64,000 nucleotides of DNA from Methylococcales bacterium (GTDB lineage Bacteria > Pseudomonadota > Gammaproteobacteria > Methylococcales > Methylomonadaceae): contig JAQURG010000017.1 of NCBI GenBank assembly GCA_028715725.1, positions 458-64,457 of the forward strand, read 5' to 3'. This document shows, one piece after another, positions 17,351 to 27,886 of this stretch. The notes beneath the pieces were generated by a model, which worked only from the letters and a program-made list of their open reading frames with translations, ran no database searches and was not told the origin of the DNA. Each line of letters opens with the position of its first letter. Within the stretch, counting starts at the first letter, position 1. A program made the position numbers and the translations under genes.

Positions 17351-18604
17351 TTATTCGTCTTTCATAAAGCGTTTGGCATAAGTTTCCAGATGAGGAATAT
17401 CAATACGATATCCTTTGAGCATTAAATGCCAGTAAAGCCAGGGAAAGCCGGTTGTTTTACCCCACCACCAGATAAAACGGCTTTTTCTGGGATCCAGAAA
17501 AGGGAAAGAAGGCGTTACTTTGCCGTCATAAGCAAATTCAGCCAGCATCACTTTATTCAATGACGTCGTTAATGGGCAGGAGCCGTAACCGTCATAACCT
17601 TCTTCGAGCTGCCTGCTGTTGATCAGGCCGAGAATATTATCCACCACTACCGGAACCTGTTTGCGAACTGCTGCGGCAGTTTTGGCGTTAGGTGTAGAGC
17701 CTGCATCGCCCAGGCCGAAAATATTGAGATATTTATTGTGTTGCAGGGTTTTGGCGTTAACATCCACCCAACCGGCTGCGTTAGCCAATGGGCTGTTTTT
17801 AATAAAATCCGGTGCGCTTTGCGGCGGCGTGACATGAATCATGTCAAATTGCTTTGTGACCTGTTGCTTGTTACCGTCACTGTCTGTCGTTTCGAAAGTG
17901 GCTGTTTTAGCCGGGCCGTCGACGGCGACCAGGTTGTGGTTGAAATTTGTTTTAATGCCGTAGCCAGCAGCAACCTTCATTAAAGCTTTGGCGAAAAAAG
18001 GCACGCTGAAGAGGGCTGGCCCGGCGTTATAGAATTCAACGCTGAATTTATCCAGAATGCCTTTTTTACGGAATCTGTCCGCGGCCAGATACATGATTTT
18101 CTGCGGTGCTCCGGCGCATTTGATCGGCATCGGCGGCTGCGTGAACAGCGCTGTTCCCGATTCGATGTTTTTGATGCATTCCCAGGTATATTCCACAGTA
18201 TCAGGCGAATAATTGCTGCACACGTTGTTTTTATTCAGCGTTTCTTTTAAACCGGCAATTTTGCCCCAATCCAGTTGCAAACCGGGGCAGACAACCAGGT
18301 AGTCATAACTGATGCTGTCGCCGGAGCGTAAAGTCACTGTATTTTCATCCGGCTGGAAAGTTTCAGCATAATCCTTGATCCATTTGACGCTGGGATGAAT
18401 TAAATCGGCCTCATTCTTGAGGGTTTGTTTTAAGGTATACGCACCGCCGCCGACAATAGTAAAACCGGGTTGATAATAGTGCTTTTCAGATGGCTCAATA
18501 ATCGCTATGTCAATATCAGCATTTTGCCGACGCATATTATTTGCAATGGAAACACCCGCTGCGCCGCCACCGACGATCAACAGGGTATGGTGTGTATTTG
18601 GCAT
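17351..18604 (-). CDS. sqr: Sulfide:quinone oxidoreductase (FAD-dependent, SQRDL/type II-like)
   Basis: GGGAAG dinucleotide-binding fold, PIKCAGAPQK, and a second Cys in GSCPLTT. The subtype is from memory. Confidence 0.87.
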   Translation of the reverse strand: MPNTHHTLLIVGGGAAGVSIANNMRRQNADIDIAIIEPSEKHYYQPGFTIVGGGAYTLKQTLKNEADLIHPSVKWIKDYAETFQPDENTVTLRSGDSISYDYLVVCPGLQLDWGKIAGLKETLNKNNVCSNYSPDTVEYTWECIKNIESGTALFTQPPMPIKCAGAPQKIMYLAADRFRKKGILDKFSVEFYNAGPALFSVPFFAKALMKVAAGYGIKTNFNHNLVAVDGPAKTATFETTDSDGNKQQVTKQFDMIHVTPPQSAPDFIKNSPLANAAGWVDVNAKTLQHNKYLNIFGLGDAGSTPNAKTAAAVRKQVPVVVDNILGLINSRQLEEGYDGYGSCPLTTSLNKVMLAEFAYDGKVTPSFPFLDPRKSRFIWWWGKTTGFPWLYWHLMLKGYRIDIPHLETYAKRFMKDE

Positions 18605-18778
18605 GAATTCACCTCGCTTTATTGCTTTATGATGTATTGGCTGCGGCTAATGCGCTGCTTAAATAATCGTTTATAGTTATGGTTTGAATGAAATGCTGGC
18701 ACGGCCATTTCATCCCCTTTCAGTGTTGACTTAAAACCGGTTTTAAGTCAACTTATCTTTGAAGTCTTTTAATTTCCG

Positions 18779-19870
18779 TTAAATACTTTTTTGCCAGGCC
18801 TCAAAACCGCCGGCCATAGACAAGACATTGTTATAGCCCAACTGTTGCATGGTTTGCGCCGCCAGTGCAGAACGGCCGCCTGTGCGGCAATAAACCAGGA
18901 CGCCTTTGGATTTATCTGCCAATTCGGGCTGATTACCTATTTTAAATTCCAGTACGCCACGCGGAATTGGCAGTGCATTATCAATATGCCCATTGGCATA
19001 TTCGCTTTCTTCGCGGACATCGACAACGGTAATGTTACCTTCTGTCAGCAGTTGTTTAGCCGTGGAGACGTTCACTTCAGTAATGTGCTGTTTGGCTTCG
19101 TTTACCATGTCCTGAGGGCTGATTTCATGGTGAACAGGGCGCGCAGCAGCCTCTCTGGAGGCAACCGTATCCTGGCGTTCATCTTCTTCCAGGCCGCAGC
19201 GCCGATTAGCCGGAACGGCTTCATCGATTAGTCTGGGTTTAGGTAAATTGAGGTTTTTCATGATATCGATAAATTGTTCACGAGACTTTCCTGCCAAACG
19301 CGGGTTTGTAGTGCGTTCCTGCTTGATGGTGCTTACCCAGTGTTGCTGATAGTCATGACCCGGATAAACCAGTGTGTCATCCGGCAAAGTAAACAAGCCC
19401 TGGGTAATCGAATCATATTGCGCGCCGGCATCCCCGCCTTGAAAATCATTGCGGCCACAACCGCCGATCAATAAACAATCGCCGGTAAAAACACGATCGC
19501 GCCATAGAAAGGACAGGCTGCCGCGCGTATGGCCGGGTGTGGCGATGGCTTTAATCTGTTCGCCGCCGGCAAACTCGAAAATATCGCCGTCCTGAATTTG
19601 AATGTCCGCCGTCTCTGCGCCGCACAGTTCACTGACGCCGGTCTGTGAGCCCAAACGCTGGCGAAGACGGCCGCTGGCCGTGATATGGTCCGCGTGAACG
19701 TGAGTTTCCAGCGTGTATTTCAAATTCAGGCCCTGCTCTTCCAGCATGGCGATATAGTTATCAATATGAGTATTGACAGGATCAATCAAGACTGCATCTT
19801 TAGTAACCAGGTCGGCAATTAAATAGGTGTAGGTCCAGGTTTCGGGGTCAAATAATTGTTTGAATATCAA
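18779..19870 (-). CDS. Persulfide dioxygenase (ETHE1-like MBL fold) fused to a rhodanese domain
   Basis: THVHADH metal motif in the N-terminal domain. The C-terminal rhodanese has active-site CRTGGRS. TTG start after GGAGAG. Confidence 0.87.
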   Translation of the reverse strand: MIFKQLFDPETWTYTYLIADLVTKDAVLIDPVNTHIDNYIAMLEEQGLNLKYTLETHVHADHITASGRLRQRLGSQTGVSELCGAETADIQIQDGDIFEFAGGEQIKAIATPGHTRGSLSFLWRDRVFTGDCLLIGGCGRNDFQGGDAGAQYDSITQGLFTLPDDTLVYPGHDYQQHWVSTIKQERTTNPRLAGKSREQFIDIMKNLNLPKPRLIDEAVPANRRCGLEEDERQDTVASREAAARPVHHEISPQDMVNEAKQHITEVNVSTAKQLLTEGNITVVDVREESEYANGHIDNALPIPRGVLEFKIGNQPELADKSKGVLVYCRTGGRSALAAQTMQQLGYNNVLSMAGGFEAWQKSI

Positions 19871-19911
19871 GAGGTCTCTCCTGTTGTAGGTATAATTTTT
19901 AATTTTATAAA

Positions 19912-19928
19912 AGCAATTTCTGCGCCGA
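19912..19928 (-). promoter_or_regulatory. Sigma54 (-24/-12) promoter upstream of the PDO-rhodanese/sqr operon
   Basis: The minus strand reads tcGGCGCAgaaatTGCt, i.e. GG-N10-GC spacing matching TGGCAC-N5-TTGC. It lies about 45 nt upstream of the TTG start. Confidence 0.55.
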
Positions 19929-20021
19929 AATTATATTATTGTCCTATGTGATTGATATTATTAAGTTCAAGGCTTTTAATAATATGACTTATTGTTCATA
20001 ATATTTTAGCTAAATGGACTG

Positions 20022-20048
20022 AAAGCCTGTTAGCAGGCTTTAGCAGGT
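20022..20048. promoter_or_regulatory. Candidate enhancer (UAS): 8+8 palindrome aaagcctg-ttag-caggcttt, overlapped by the tandem repeat TTAGCAGG
   Basis: Read from the sequence. It is about 100 bp upstream of the sigma54 promoter, the usual distance for an enhancer-binding-protein site. Confidence 0.3.
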
Positions 20049-20238
20049 GCCGATCATTAACCGCATGAGATAAATGCAAGATATAAAGCCTTTGCTATTA
20101 AACGGATAACTCCCAGTAAAAATTATCGATCTTAAAATTATTGGATTAATTGCAGTGTTTCATCTAATGTTTCAATGAAACAAAATAATGATTCACTGAG
20201 ATACTTATGAAACAAACAGAATTATTGAAAACAATGCC

Positions 20239-21563
<1,325 letters not shown>

Positions 21564-21689
21564 AACTTTAAATGTAAAAGCTCTGGAAATATTAAACTAA
21601 TTCTGGCATTGGCTAGCAGCAACGGCCACTTTGCTGCATTCAAGAATTTCAGTATATGGCGGCAGTAAATCCAAAAGCAGTCGTATAAC

Positions 21690-21721
21690 GTAGAGCTAGC
21701 CGGGGCGCGGCCCGGTTAGCT
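21690..21721 (+). repeat. GTAG-headed GC-rich imperfect palindrome (REP-like)
   Basis: GTAG-agctagccggg-gcgcgg-cccggttagct. It has no downstream T-run on either strand. Confidence 0.4.
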
Positions 21722-21762
21722 AAAAAAACCGTATTATAACCGCGCTCCAGTTGAGCATTGGG

Positions 21763-22299
21763 TTAGGGCTTGGATTGCGCATAAAGTTTGAAGCCATGAG
21801 GATTCTTGTATATTTCATTATATGACTTGAAGGCATTAGGAACGCGTCCCTTTGTCATGAACAGTTTGTGGTAGAAGATGTGAACGAACAAACTGACATT
21901 ATAGAACTTTGGGAAGCCTGTTGGACCGATGAAATACTTGCAGCCAAGATCATCAACTAGATAGCGTCCGAAACTCTTGCTGCCGGACTTGCAGGCCGTA
22001 CTAACAATAGCTGTGGCATTTACCTCGCCATTGATCTGTGCCACCTTAGCTCTGGTACCAATACCTTTAGGTGTCCACCATCCCTTGAACTGATCTTCAA
22101 TGCTAGTGATGCCGTGTGTAGAGATGTGTATGTATTGAAACCGAGACGCTGTAATAGTATGCAAAAGTGTATCAATTGAACTGACATGAGAATAGTTGGA
22201 CTTGATTTCCATTAGGTTCAATATATGTTTCAAGCATCGCCCCTCCGATCCGGGATCATCTTGATCTAAGCACTCAATTATTTCCACTCCACGCAGCAT
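21763..22299 (-). CDS. Hypothetical protein with a caspase/metacaspase-like (clan CD) His-Cys dyad pattern
   Basis: 178 aa. YIHISTHG ... AIVSTACKSG resembles the metacaspase motifs (H)YSGHG and DSCHSG, and the order of secondary-structure elements fits a p20-like fold. No domain search was run. Confidence 0.5.
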   Translation of the reverse strand: MLRGVEIIECLDQDDPGSEGRCLKHILNLMEIKSNYSHVSSIDTLLHTITASRFQYIHISTHGITSIEDQFKGWWTPKGIGTRAKVAQINGEVNATAIVSTACKSGSKSFGRYLVDDLGCKYFIGPTGFPKFYNVSLFVHIFYHKLFMTKGRVPNAFKSYNEIYKNPHGFKLYAQSKP

Positions 22300-22469
22300 A
22301 ATTTCCTTTCCGTATATTATCGGTGATAACTAATAATTGTCAGTAAGATCCAATTTCTGCCATTTATATGGAGCGCTAGAACGCAAGGGGTCAAACGCAG
22401 CCAGTCAATATCAGATTCAATTGGGACTAATTTTTAAAGCCATCAGATCAAGTCCAGGTTTTACAATTT

Positions 22470-24014
22470 TTAAACCTGACTCGACTCAAGCTCATGCAAC
22501 TGCATGTTTATGATTTTGAGCACGGCGAAAACAGCGGCAAAAACCTGATTGGCATGAACGCCGCGGGTTTTGCGTATTTCATGGCCGCAATCCCACGTAA
22601 TTACGCATTCGGTTAACGCGCTGGCATGTCCGCCTTTGGGTATTCTCACTTCATAATCAGCAAGCTCGGGCAACGAATAGTCATGCAATTTCATTACATT
22701 GGTAATGGCGTCGATAAAGGCGTCAAAACCTCCATTACCTGTGCCCGAAGCGAGATGCCTGGTTCCTCTGACATTGACCCATATACTGACTGTCGATTGC
22801 AGATTCAAACCGCTGGTGATAGAGCAGTTAAGCAATTTGATATGCTGATAATCCTTGCTTTCCAGTACATCGGCGATAATGAAAGGCAGGTCATCTGTGG
22901 TTATGGTTTGTTTTGAATCGCCCAGGCTGACGATGCGGGCCAGCACTTTTTTCTGGTTTTCCTCCGATAAATCCAGTTCCAGCTGCTCCAGATTTTTTTT
23001 CAGAGACGCCTTGCCGCTCATTTTGCCCAACGCATAGCTGCGCTTGCGCGAGAAGCGCTCGGGGCCCAGTTTGGTTTTATACAGTCCGCCTTTTTGATCG
23101 CCATCGGCATGAATGCCGGCGGTTTGGGTAAATACATCGGCGCCAATAACGGGAGCATTGGCTGCGACCCGCTTGCCGGAGAAATTTTCCACCATGTTGC
23201 TGATGCGGACAATATGGCTTTCATCTATCGAGAGCCGCATATTCATTTTATCGCGCAACACTACGGCGACTTCAGCCAGGGAGGCATTGCCTGCGCGTTC
23301 GCCCAGACAGTTAACGGTACAATGCACCGAACTTACGCCGGCACTGACGGCCGCCATCACATTAGCGGTTGCCAGCCCGTAATCATTGTGGGGGTGGAAG
23401 TCGAATTGCAGTTCCGGGTAGCGCCTGCACATGTCGCCCAGATTGTTAAAGACTTCATCAGGCGATAACACGCCCAGGGTGTCGGGCAACATAAAATGGC
23501 TGATACCTGAATGCTGCAATCCATTCATTAATCCGTACACGTAGTCAGGGTTATTTTGATAACCATTTGACCAGTCTTCCAGGTAAACGTTGACCTTGAG
23601 GCCTTTTGACAGTGCATAATTAACCGTTTGCAGTATATCTTCCGTATGTTCCGCCAGCGTTTTCCCTAACTGCTCCCGACAATGCTTTTCGCTGCCTTTG
23701 GTCAATAAATTAATGACCTTGCCGCCGGTTTCCAATATCCAGTCAACGCTGCGGGTATGGTCGACAAATCCCAGCACTTCGACACAACCCGCAAAGCCTT
23801 CCTGCTGCGCCCACTGATTAATATTGGTGACGGCTTCTTTTTCACCCTGAGAAACGCGAGCAGAGGCAACTTCAATGCGGTCAACGCGCAGCGATTGCAA
23901 AAGTGCCTTGGCAATATTGACTTTTTCGGCGGGAGTAAAGGATACGCCTTGAGTTTGTTCACCATCGCGTAAAGTGGTGTCCATCAGCTGGATATATCTG
24001 GAATCTGTGGACAT
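22470..24014 (-). CDS. cimA: (R)-citramalate synthase-like member of the LeuA/HMGL family
   Basis: LMDTTLRDGEQTQGVSFTPAEKVNIAKALLQSLRVDRIEVASARVS is close to Leptospira/Geobacter CimA as I remember it. Start set at MSTDSRY (M32 of the track ORF), because the upstream 31 codons cover a REP-like hairpin. Confidence 0.8.
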   Translation of the reverse strand: MSTDSRYIQLMDTTLRDGEQTQGVSFTPAEKVNIAKALLQSLRVDRIEVASARVSQGEKEAVTNINQWAQQEGFAGCVEVLGFVDHTRSVDWILETGGKVINLLTKGSEKHCREQLGKTLAEHTEDILQTVNYALSKGLKVNVYLEDWSNGYQNNPDYVYGLMNGLQHSGISHFMLPDTLGVLSPDEVFNNLGDMCRRYPELQFDFHPHNDYGLATANVMAAVSAGVSSVHCTVNCLGERAGNASLAEVAVVLRDKMNMRLSIDESHIVRISNMVENFSGKRVAANAPVIGADVFTQTAGIHADGDQKGGLYKTKLGPERFSRKRSYALGKMSGKASLKKNLEQLELDLSEENQKKVLARIVSLGDSKQTITTDDLPFIIADVLESKDYQHIKLLNCSITSGLNLQSTVSIWVNVRGTRHLASGTGNGGFDAFIDAITNVMKLHDYSLPELADYEVRIPKGGHASALTECVITWDCGHEIRKTRGVHANQVFAAVFAVLKIINMQLHELESSQV

Positions 24015-24099
24015 GGTTGTCGCCTGTGTTCTCATTGGGGGTTGTTGATTACCAGCCGTAGGCGTTGTCGCGCGTATCTGTGTTGGAACCATGTAATAA

Positions 24100-24120
24100 G
24101 GGCGCATTTCGCGCCCCTAC
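24100..24120 (-). repeat. GTAG-headed hairpin in the leuD-cimA spacer (minus strand GTAGGGGCGCGAAATGCGCCC)
   Basis: 6-bp GC stem gggcgc/gcgccc with a 5-nt loop, read directly. Confidence 0.5.
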
Positions 24121-24140
24121 GGTAACAATCTTTGGGATCG

Positions 24141-24752
24141 TTAGGCCCAAAGCCAGGGAAAAAGCTGTTTATGCCTTGCCTCATACTGGCCGATCTTATC
24201 GACATGTTTTAACGTCAAGCCGATATCATCCAGTCCGCTTAACAGATTGCCTTTGCGGAATGGGTCAATCTCGAAGCTGAAGCCATTGCCGGCCGGTGTC
24301 GTTATTTGCTGATTTTCGAGATCAACGACAAAATGAACGCCTTCGTTGGCGGCAATTTCGGCCATTAATTTGTCCAGCTGACCTTTATCAACTTTGATCG
24401 CCAGGATGCCGTTTTTGAAGCAGTTGTTATAGAAAATATCGGCATAGCTGGTCGAGATGATGGTATTAAAACCATAATCGGCAATCGCCCAAGGAGCATG
24501 TTCGCGGGATGAACCGCAGCCGAAGTTATCGCCGACCACCAAGATTTTAGCGCCTTTGAATGCGGGCTTGTTCAATTCGAATTCCGGGTTATCGCTGCCG
24601 TCATCGTTAAAACGCCAATCGTGAAAAAGGTGCTGACCGAAGCCGCTGCGTTCCACTTTTTTCAGGAATTGCTTGGGGATGATCTGGTCGGTGTCAACAT
24701 TGCTGCGATCCATTAACGCGGCAATGCTTTCATGTTTTTTGTACGGTTCCAT
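24141..24752 (-). CDS. leuD: 3-isopropylmalate dehydratase small subunit
   Basis: The start MEPYKKHESIAALMDRSNVDTDQIIPKQFLK is the canonical LeuD N-terminus. The track ORF is over-extended by 56 codons. Confidence 0.93.
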   Translation of the reverse strand: MEPYKKHESIAALMDRSNVDTDQIIPKQFLKKVERSGFGQHLFHDWRFNDDGSDNPEFELNKPAFKGAKILVVGDNFGCGSSREHAPWAIADYGFNTIISTSYADIFYNNCFKNGILAIKVDKGQLDKLMAEIAANEGVHFVVDLENQQITTPAGNGFSFEIDPFRKGNLLSGLDDIGLTLKHVDKIGQYEARHKQLFPWLWA

Positions 24753-24768
24753 AGTTCTTTCCTGGTCT

Positions 24769-26214
24769 TTACGACTGCATGGATGCAGAAGGTAGAGCAA
24801 CGCCTGGAGCAGTTGCCGGAAGTTTGCGAATGTCGACGAAATGGCCGGCCGCTGCTGCGGCGGCTGCCATTGCAGGTGAAACCAGATGCGTGCGTCCGCC
24901 TTTGCCCTGACGGCCTTCAAAATTCCGGTTTGAAGTTGATGCGCAGCGTTGGCCCTGGGTCAATTCATCGCCATTCATCGCCAGACACATGGAGCATCCA
25001 GGTTCACGCCATTGCCAGCCGGCATCGATAAAGATTTTATCCAGACCTTCATCTTCAGCTTGTTGTTTAACATGATAAGAACCGGGGACGGCAATCGCGG
25101 TAACGCCGTCGGCAACTTTAGTGCCTTTTGCGACTTCGGCGGCAATCCGGAAATCTTCGATACGGCCATTGGTGCATGAGCCGATAAAAACATAGTCAAC
25201 GGGAATGTCGGATATTCTGGTGTTAGGTGTTAAGCCCATATAGGCCAGAGCGCTCTCGCAGGCTTTGCGTTTGGTTTCGTCGCTAAAGCTTTCCGGCGCA
25301 GGCACAATGCTATCGACTCCAACCACTTGTTCCGGCGACGTTCCCCAGGAAACTTGCGGCGCAATATCGGCGGCATCCAGGGTCACAGTTGCATCGAATA
25401 CTGCGCCTTCATCGCTAGGCAGGCTTTTCCAGTAAGCCAATGCCTGATCCCAGTATTGACCGGATGGCGCAAATTCGCGCCCTTTCAGATATTCGTAAGT
25501 TTTTTCATCCGGAGCGACCAAGCCTGCTCTGGCGCCTGCTTCAATCGCCATGTTGCACAGCGTCATCCGGCCTTCCATCGACAATTCTCTGACGGCTGAG
25601 CCGGTATATTCAATCACATAGCCGGTACCGCCTGCAGTGCCGATTTTGCCGGTAATCGCCAAGGCAATATCTTTTGCCGAAGCGAATTTGGACAGCTTGC
25701 CATTGACCGCCACCTGCATGGTTTTGGATTTTTTCTGCGGCAAGGTCTGGGTAGCCATCACATGTTCGACTTCCGAAGTGCCGATGCCGAAGGCCAAAGC
25801 ACCGAAGGCACCGTGAGTTGCAGTATGGCTGTCGCCGCAAACTACCACCATGCCGGGATGGACAAAACCATGCTCAGGCACAACGACGTGGATTACGCCG
25901 TTATTCGGGTTTTTCATGTCATACAGGTTCAGGCCGTTTTCGCGGCAGTTTTCAGACATGGTTTCGATCTGTTTCTTCGCAATTGGATCGGCAATCGGCA
26001 GATCACGATTTTTGGTCGGTACGCAATGATCCATGGTCGCAAGAATGCTATGCGGGTTGCGCACCTTGCGGCCGGTAATGCGCAGCCCTTCGAAGGCCTG
26101 AGGACTGGTTACTTCATGCATCAGGTGCCGATCAACATAGATCAAAGGGGCTTGGCCGGCTGCGTCAACCACAAGATGGCTGTCCCAGATCTTTTCGTAC
26201 ATAGTTTTTTTCAT
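24769..26214 (-). CDS. leuC: 3-isopropylmalate dehydratase large subunit
   Basis: Aconitase-family motifs ([29 protein letters not shown]). The start is probably [11 protein letters not shown]. Confidence 0.95.
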   Translation of the reverse strand: MKKTMYEKIWDSHLVVDAAGQAPLIYVDRHLMHEVTSPQAFEGLRITGRKVRNPHSILATMDHCVPTKNRDLPIADPIAKKQIETMSENCRENGLNLYDMKNPNNGVIHVVVPEHGFVHPGMVVVCGDSHTATHGAFGALAFGIGTSEVEHVMATQTLPQKKSKTMQVAVNGKLSKFASAKDIALAITGKIGTAGGTGYVIEYTGSAVRELSMEGRMTLCNMAIEAGARAGLVAPDEKTYEYLKGREFAPSGQYWDQALAYWKSLPSDEGAVFDATVTLDAADIAPQVSWGTSPEQVVGVDSIVPAPESFSDETKRKACESALAYMGLTPNTRISDIPVDYVFIGSCTNGRIEDFRIAAEVAKGTKVADGVTAIAVPGSYHVKQQAEDEGLDKIFIDAGWQWREPGCSMCLAMNGDELTQGQRCASTSNRNFEGRQGKGGRTHLVSPAMAAAAAAAGHFVDIRKLPATAPGVALPSASMQS

Positions 26215-26435
26215 AGCGAATTCCAAAACTTTTACCTGCTCTTAATTGAGCGTATGGCATGTTACAGGGTCAATCAAAAGCATAACTGATATTATGCATA
26301 ACATTCCATTATCCTGAAAATATAGCCGATTTGCAATGGCGGACGTCCGACTATAATCCATTGCTCCTCAACTGATCTTGATTTAAATGGAGGTTTCATT
26401 CATATACGATGAAATTGCAATGGTCTGTGAGTGGA

Positions 26436-27320
26436 TTAATCTATAAATCGTTTGCTCAAGTCGGCATAGGCCTCAATCCTGCGGTCACGCAGATAGGGCC
26501 ATATTTGCCGGACTCGCTCAATGCGTGAGCTATCAATTGTGCAGGTTAACAGCTTTATTTCTGAATCATTGGCCTGAGCGATTATTTCGCCTTGAGGCCC
26601 TGCTATAAAACTGTTGCCCCAGAAGTTGATGCCTGCTGTTGAGCCGGGCGCCTGCTCGAAGCCGACACGGTTGCACGAAATAACCGGAATGCCGTTAGCG
26701 ACTGAGTGAGACCGTTGAACGGTCACCCAGGCATCCAGTTGGCGCTGGTGCTCTTCAGACGTATCTTCCGGATCCCAACCGATGGCGGTAGGGTATATTA
26801 AAATTTCTGCGCCGGCTAAGGCCATTAATCTGGCGGCTTCGGGAAACCATTGATCCCAGCAGACTAATACGCCCAGCTTGCCGATTGATGTTTCTATCGG
26901 TTTAAAACCCAGGTCGCCAGGTGTGAAGTAATATTTTTCATAAAAGCCGGGATCATCGGGTATGTGCATTTTCCTGTATTTGCCGGCAATGCTGCCATCC
27001 TTATCAAAAACCACGGCAGTATTGTGATAAAGCCCCGGCGCTCTTTTTTCAAAGATGGTTGAGACGATAACAGTTTTCAGTTTTTTAGCCACGGTCGACA
27101 GAATTTCAGTTGTCGGTCCTGGAACAGGCTGAGCCAATTCAAAATTATTATAGTCTTCGTTCTGGCAAAAATAGGGCCCCAGATGCAGTTCGGGCAATAC
27201 AACCAGATCGGCATTAATTGCAGCGGCTTCATGTATTTTTGCAATGGAAAAATCAAGGTTTGTCTGTCTGTCCTTATTGCAGGGCTGTTGAACGGCACTA
27301 ACGATTAGCGTGGATTTCAT
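26436..27320 (-). CDS. aguB: Carbon-nitrogen hydrolase, N-carbamoylputrescine amidase-like
   Basis: E-K-C triad context (LPELH, YRKMHIPDDPGFYEKYYFTPG, VLVCWDQWFPE). Confidence 0.82.
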   Translation of the reverse strand: MKSTLIVSAVQQPCNKDRQTNLDFSIAKIHEAAAINADLVVLPELHLGPYFCQNEDYNNFELAQPVPGPTTEILSTVAKKLKTVIVSTIFEKRAPGLYHNTAVVFDKDGSIAGKYRKMHIPDDPGFYEKYYFTPGDLGFKPIETSIGKLGVLVCWDQWFPEAARLMALAGAEILIYPTAIGWDPEDTSEEHQRQLDAWVTVQRSHSVANGIPVISCNRVGFEQAPGSTAGINFWGNSFIAGPQGEIIAQANDSEIKLLTCTIDSSRIERVRQIWPYLRDRRIEAYADLSKRFID

Positions 27321-27886
27321 GATTCGACGTATGACGGGAAATTTACGAGTGACAATAAGTTGGAAAAAGAGATTCTATAGTTTTAGTGTGTTTAATTCTA
27401 CTCGCCAGGCTTTAGCCTGCTTTACCGTCTTTAAGAGTATAAGTTCAGCATCGAGTTCCATCGTTGTTATCCATTTTATCGATTAATATGATGAACTTGC
27501 GTATGATCTTAAAAGCAGAATTAATAGTTTTAAACAATTGAGAGTTTTTTAAATTGTTCATCTGCTTCGGCGTCCGTTCGACCAGGAGCTATGTTGTCCA
27601 GTATTACAAAAGTGATATCAGGTTTCAAACAGTTTTTTGGTATTGCCGATGGGCGTTAACAGCAGGCATCCAATTGCTTGAGTTATTAAGCCATCGTTAT
27701 GATGAAGGCTTTATACTTTCATCATGAGCGCGATTTAAGCTTTCGTCTGCCCCATTCTTCGTAAGGAATAAAGCACTCTTTCGGGCTCGGCTTATGCTGA
27801 AGAGTCTTGTATTGTACTCGCAATAAGTCGATGGGTTACAATGCCCGGCATATTGCTCAATTGATTACTCGATCTTAGGAATAAAA

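Noticed and set aside
21694-21730. The GC-rich palindrome followed by A7, considered as a terminator for the regulator gene or the caspase-like gene.
   Set aside because: On the + strand the stem is followed by A's, not T's. On the - strand the T-run precedes the stem. Neither orientation gives a canonical intrinsic terminator. It is kept only as a REP-like repeat.
24015-24107. A 31-codon N-terminal extension of the cimA-like ORF. Similar extensions affect leuD (24753-24920), engB, clpS, moaC, bpt, aat and parA.
   Set aside because: Family-typical N-termini begin at the internal Met. The cimA extension also runs through a REP-like hairpin, and the leuD extension overlaps the end of leuC.
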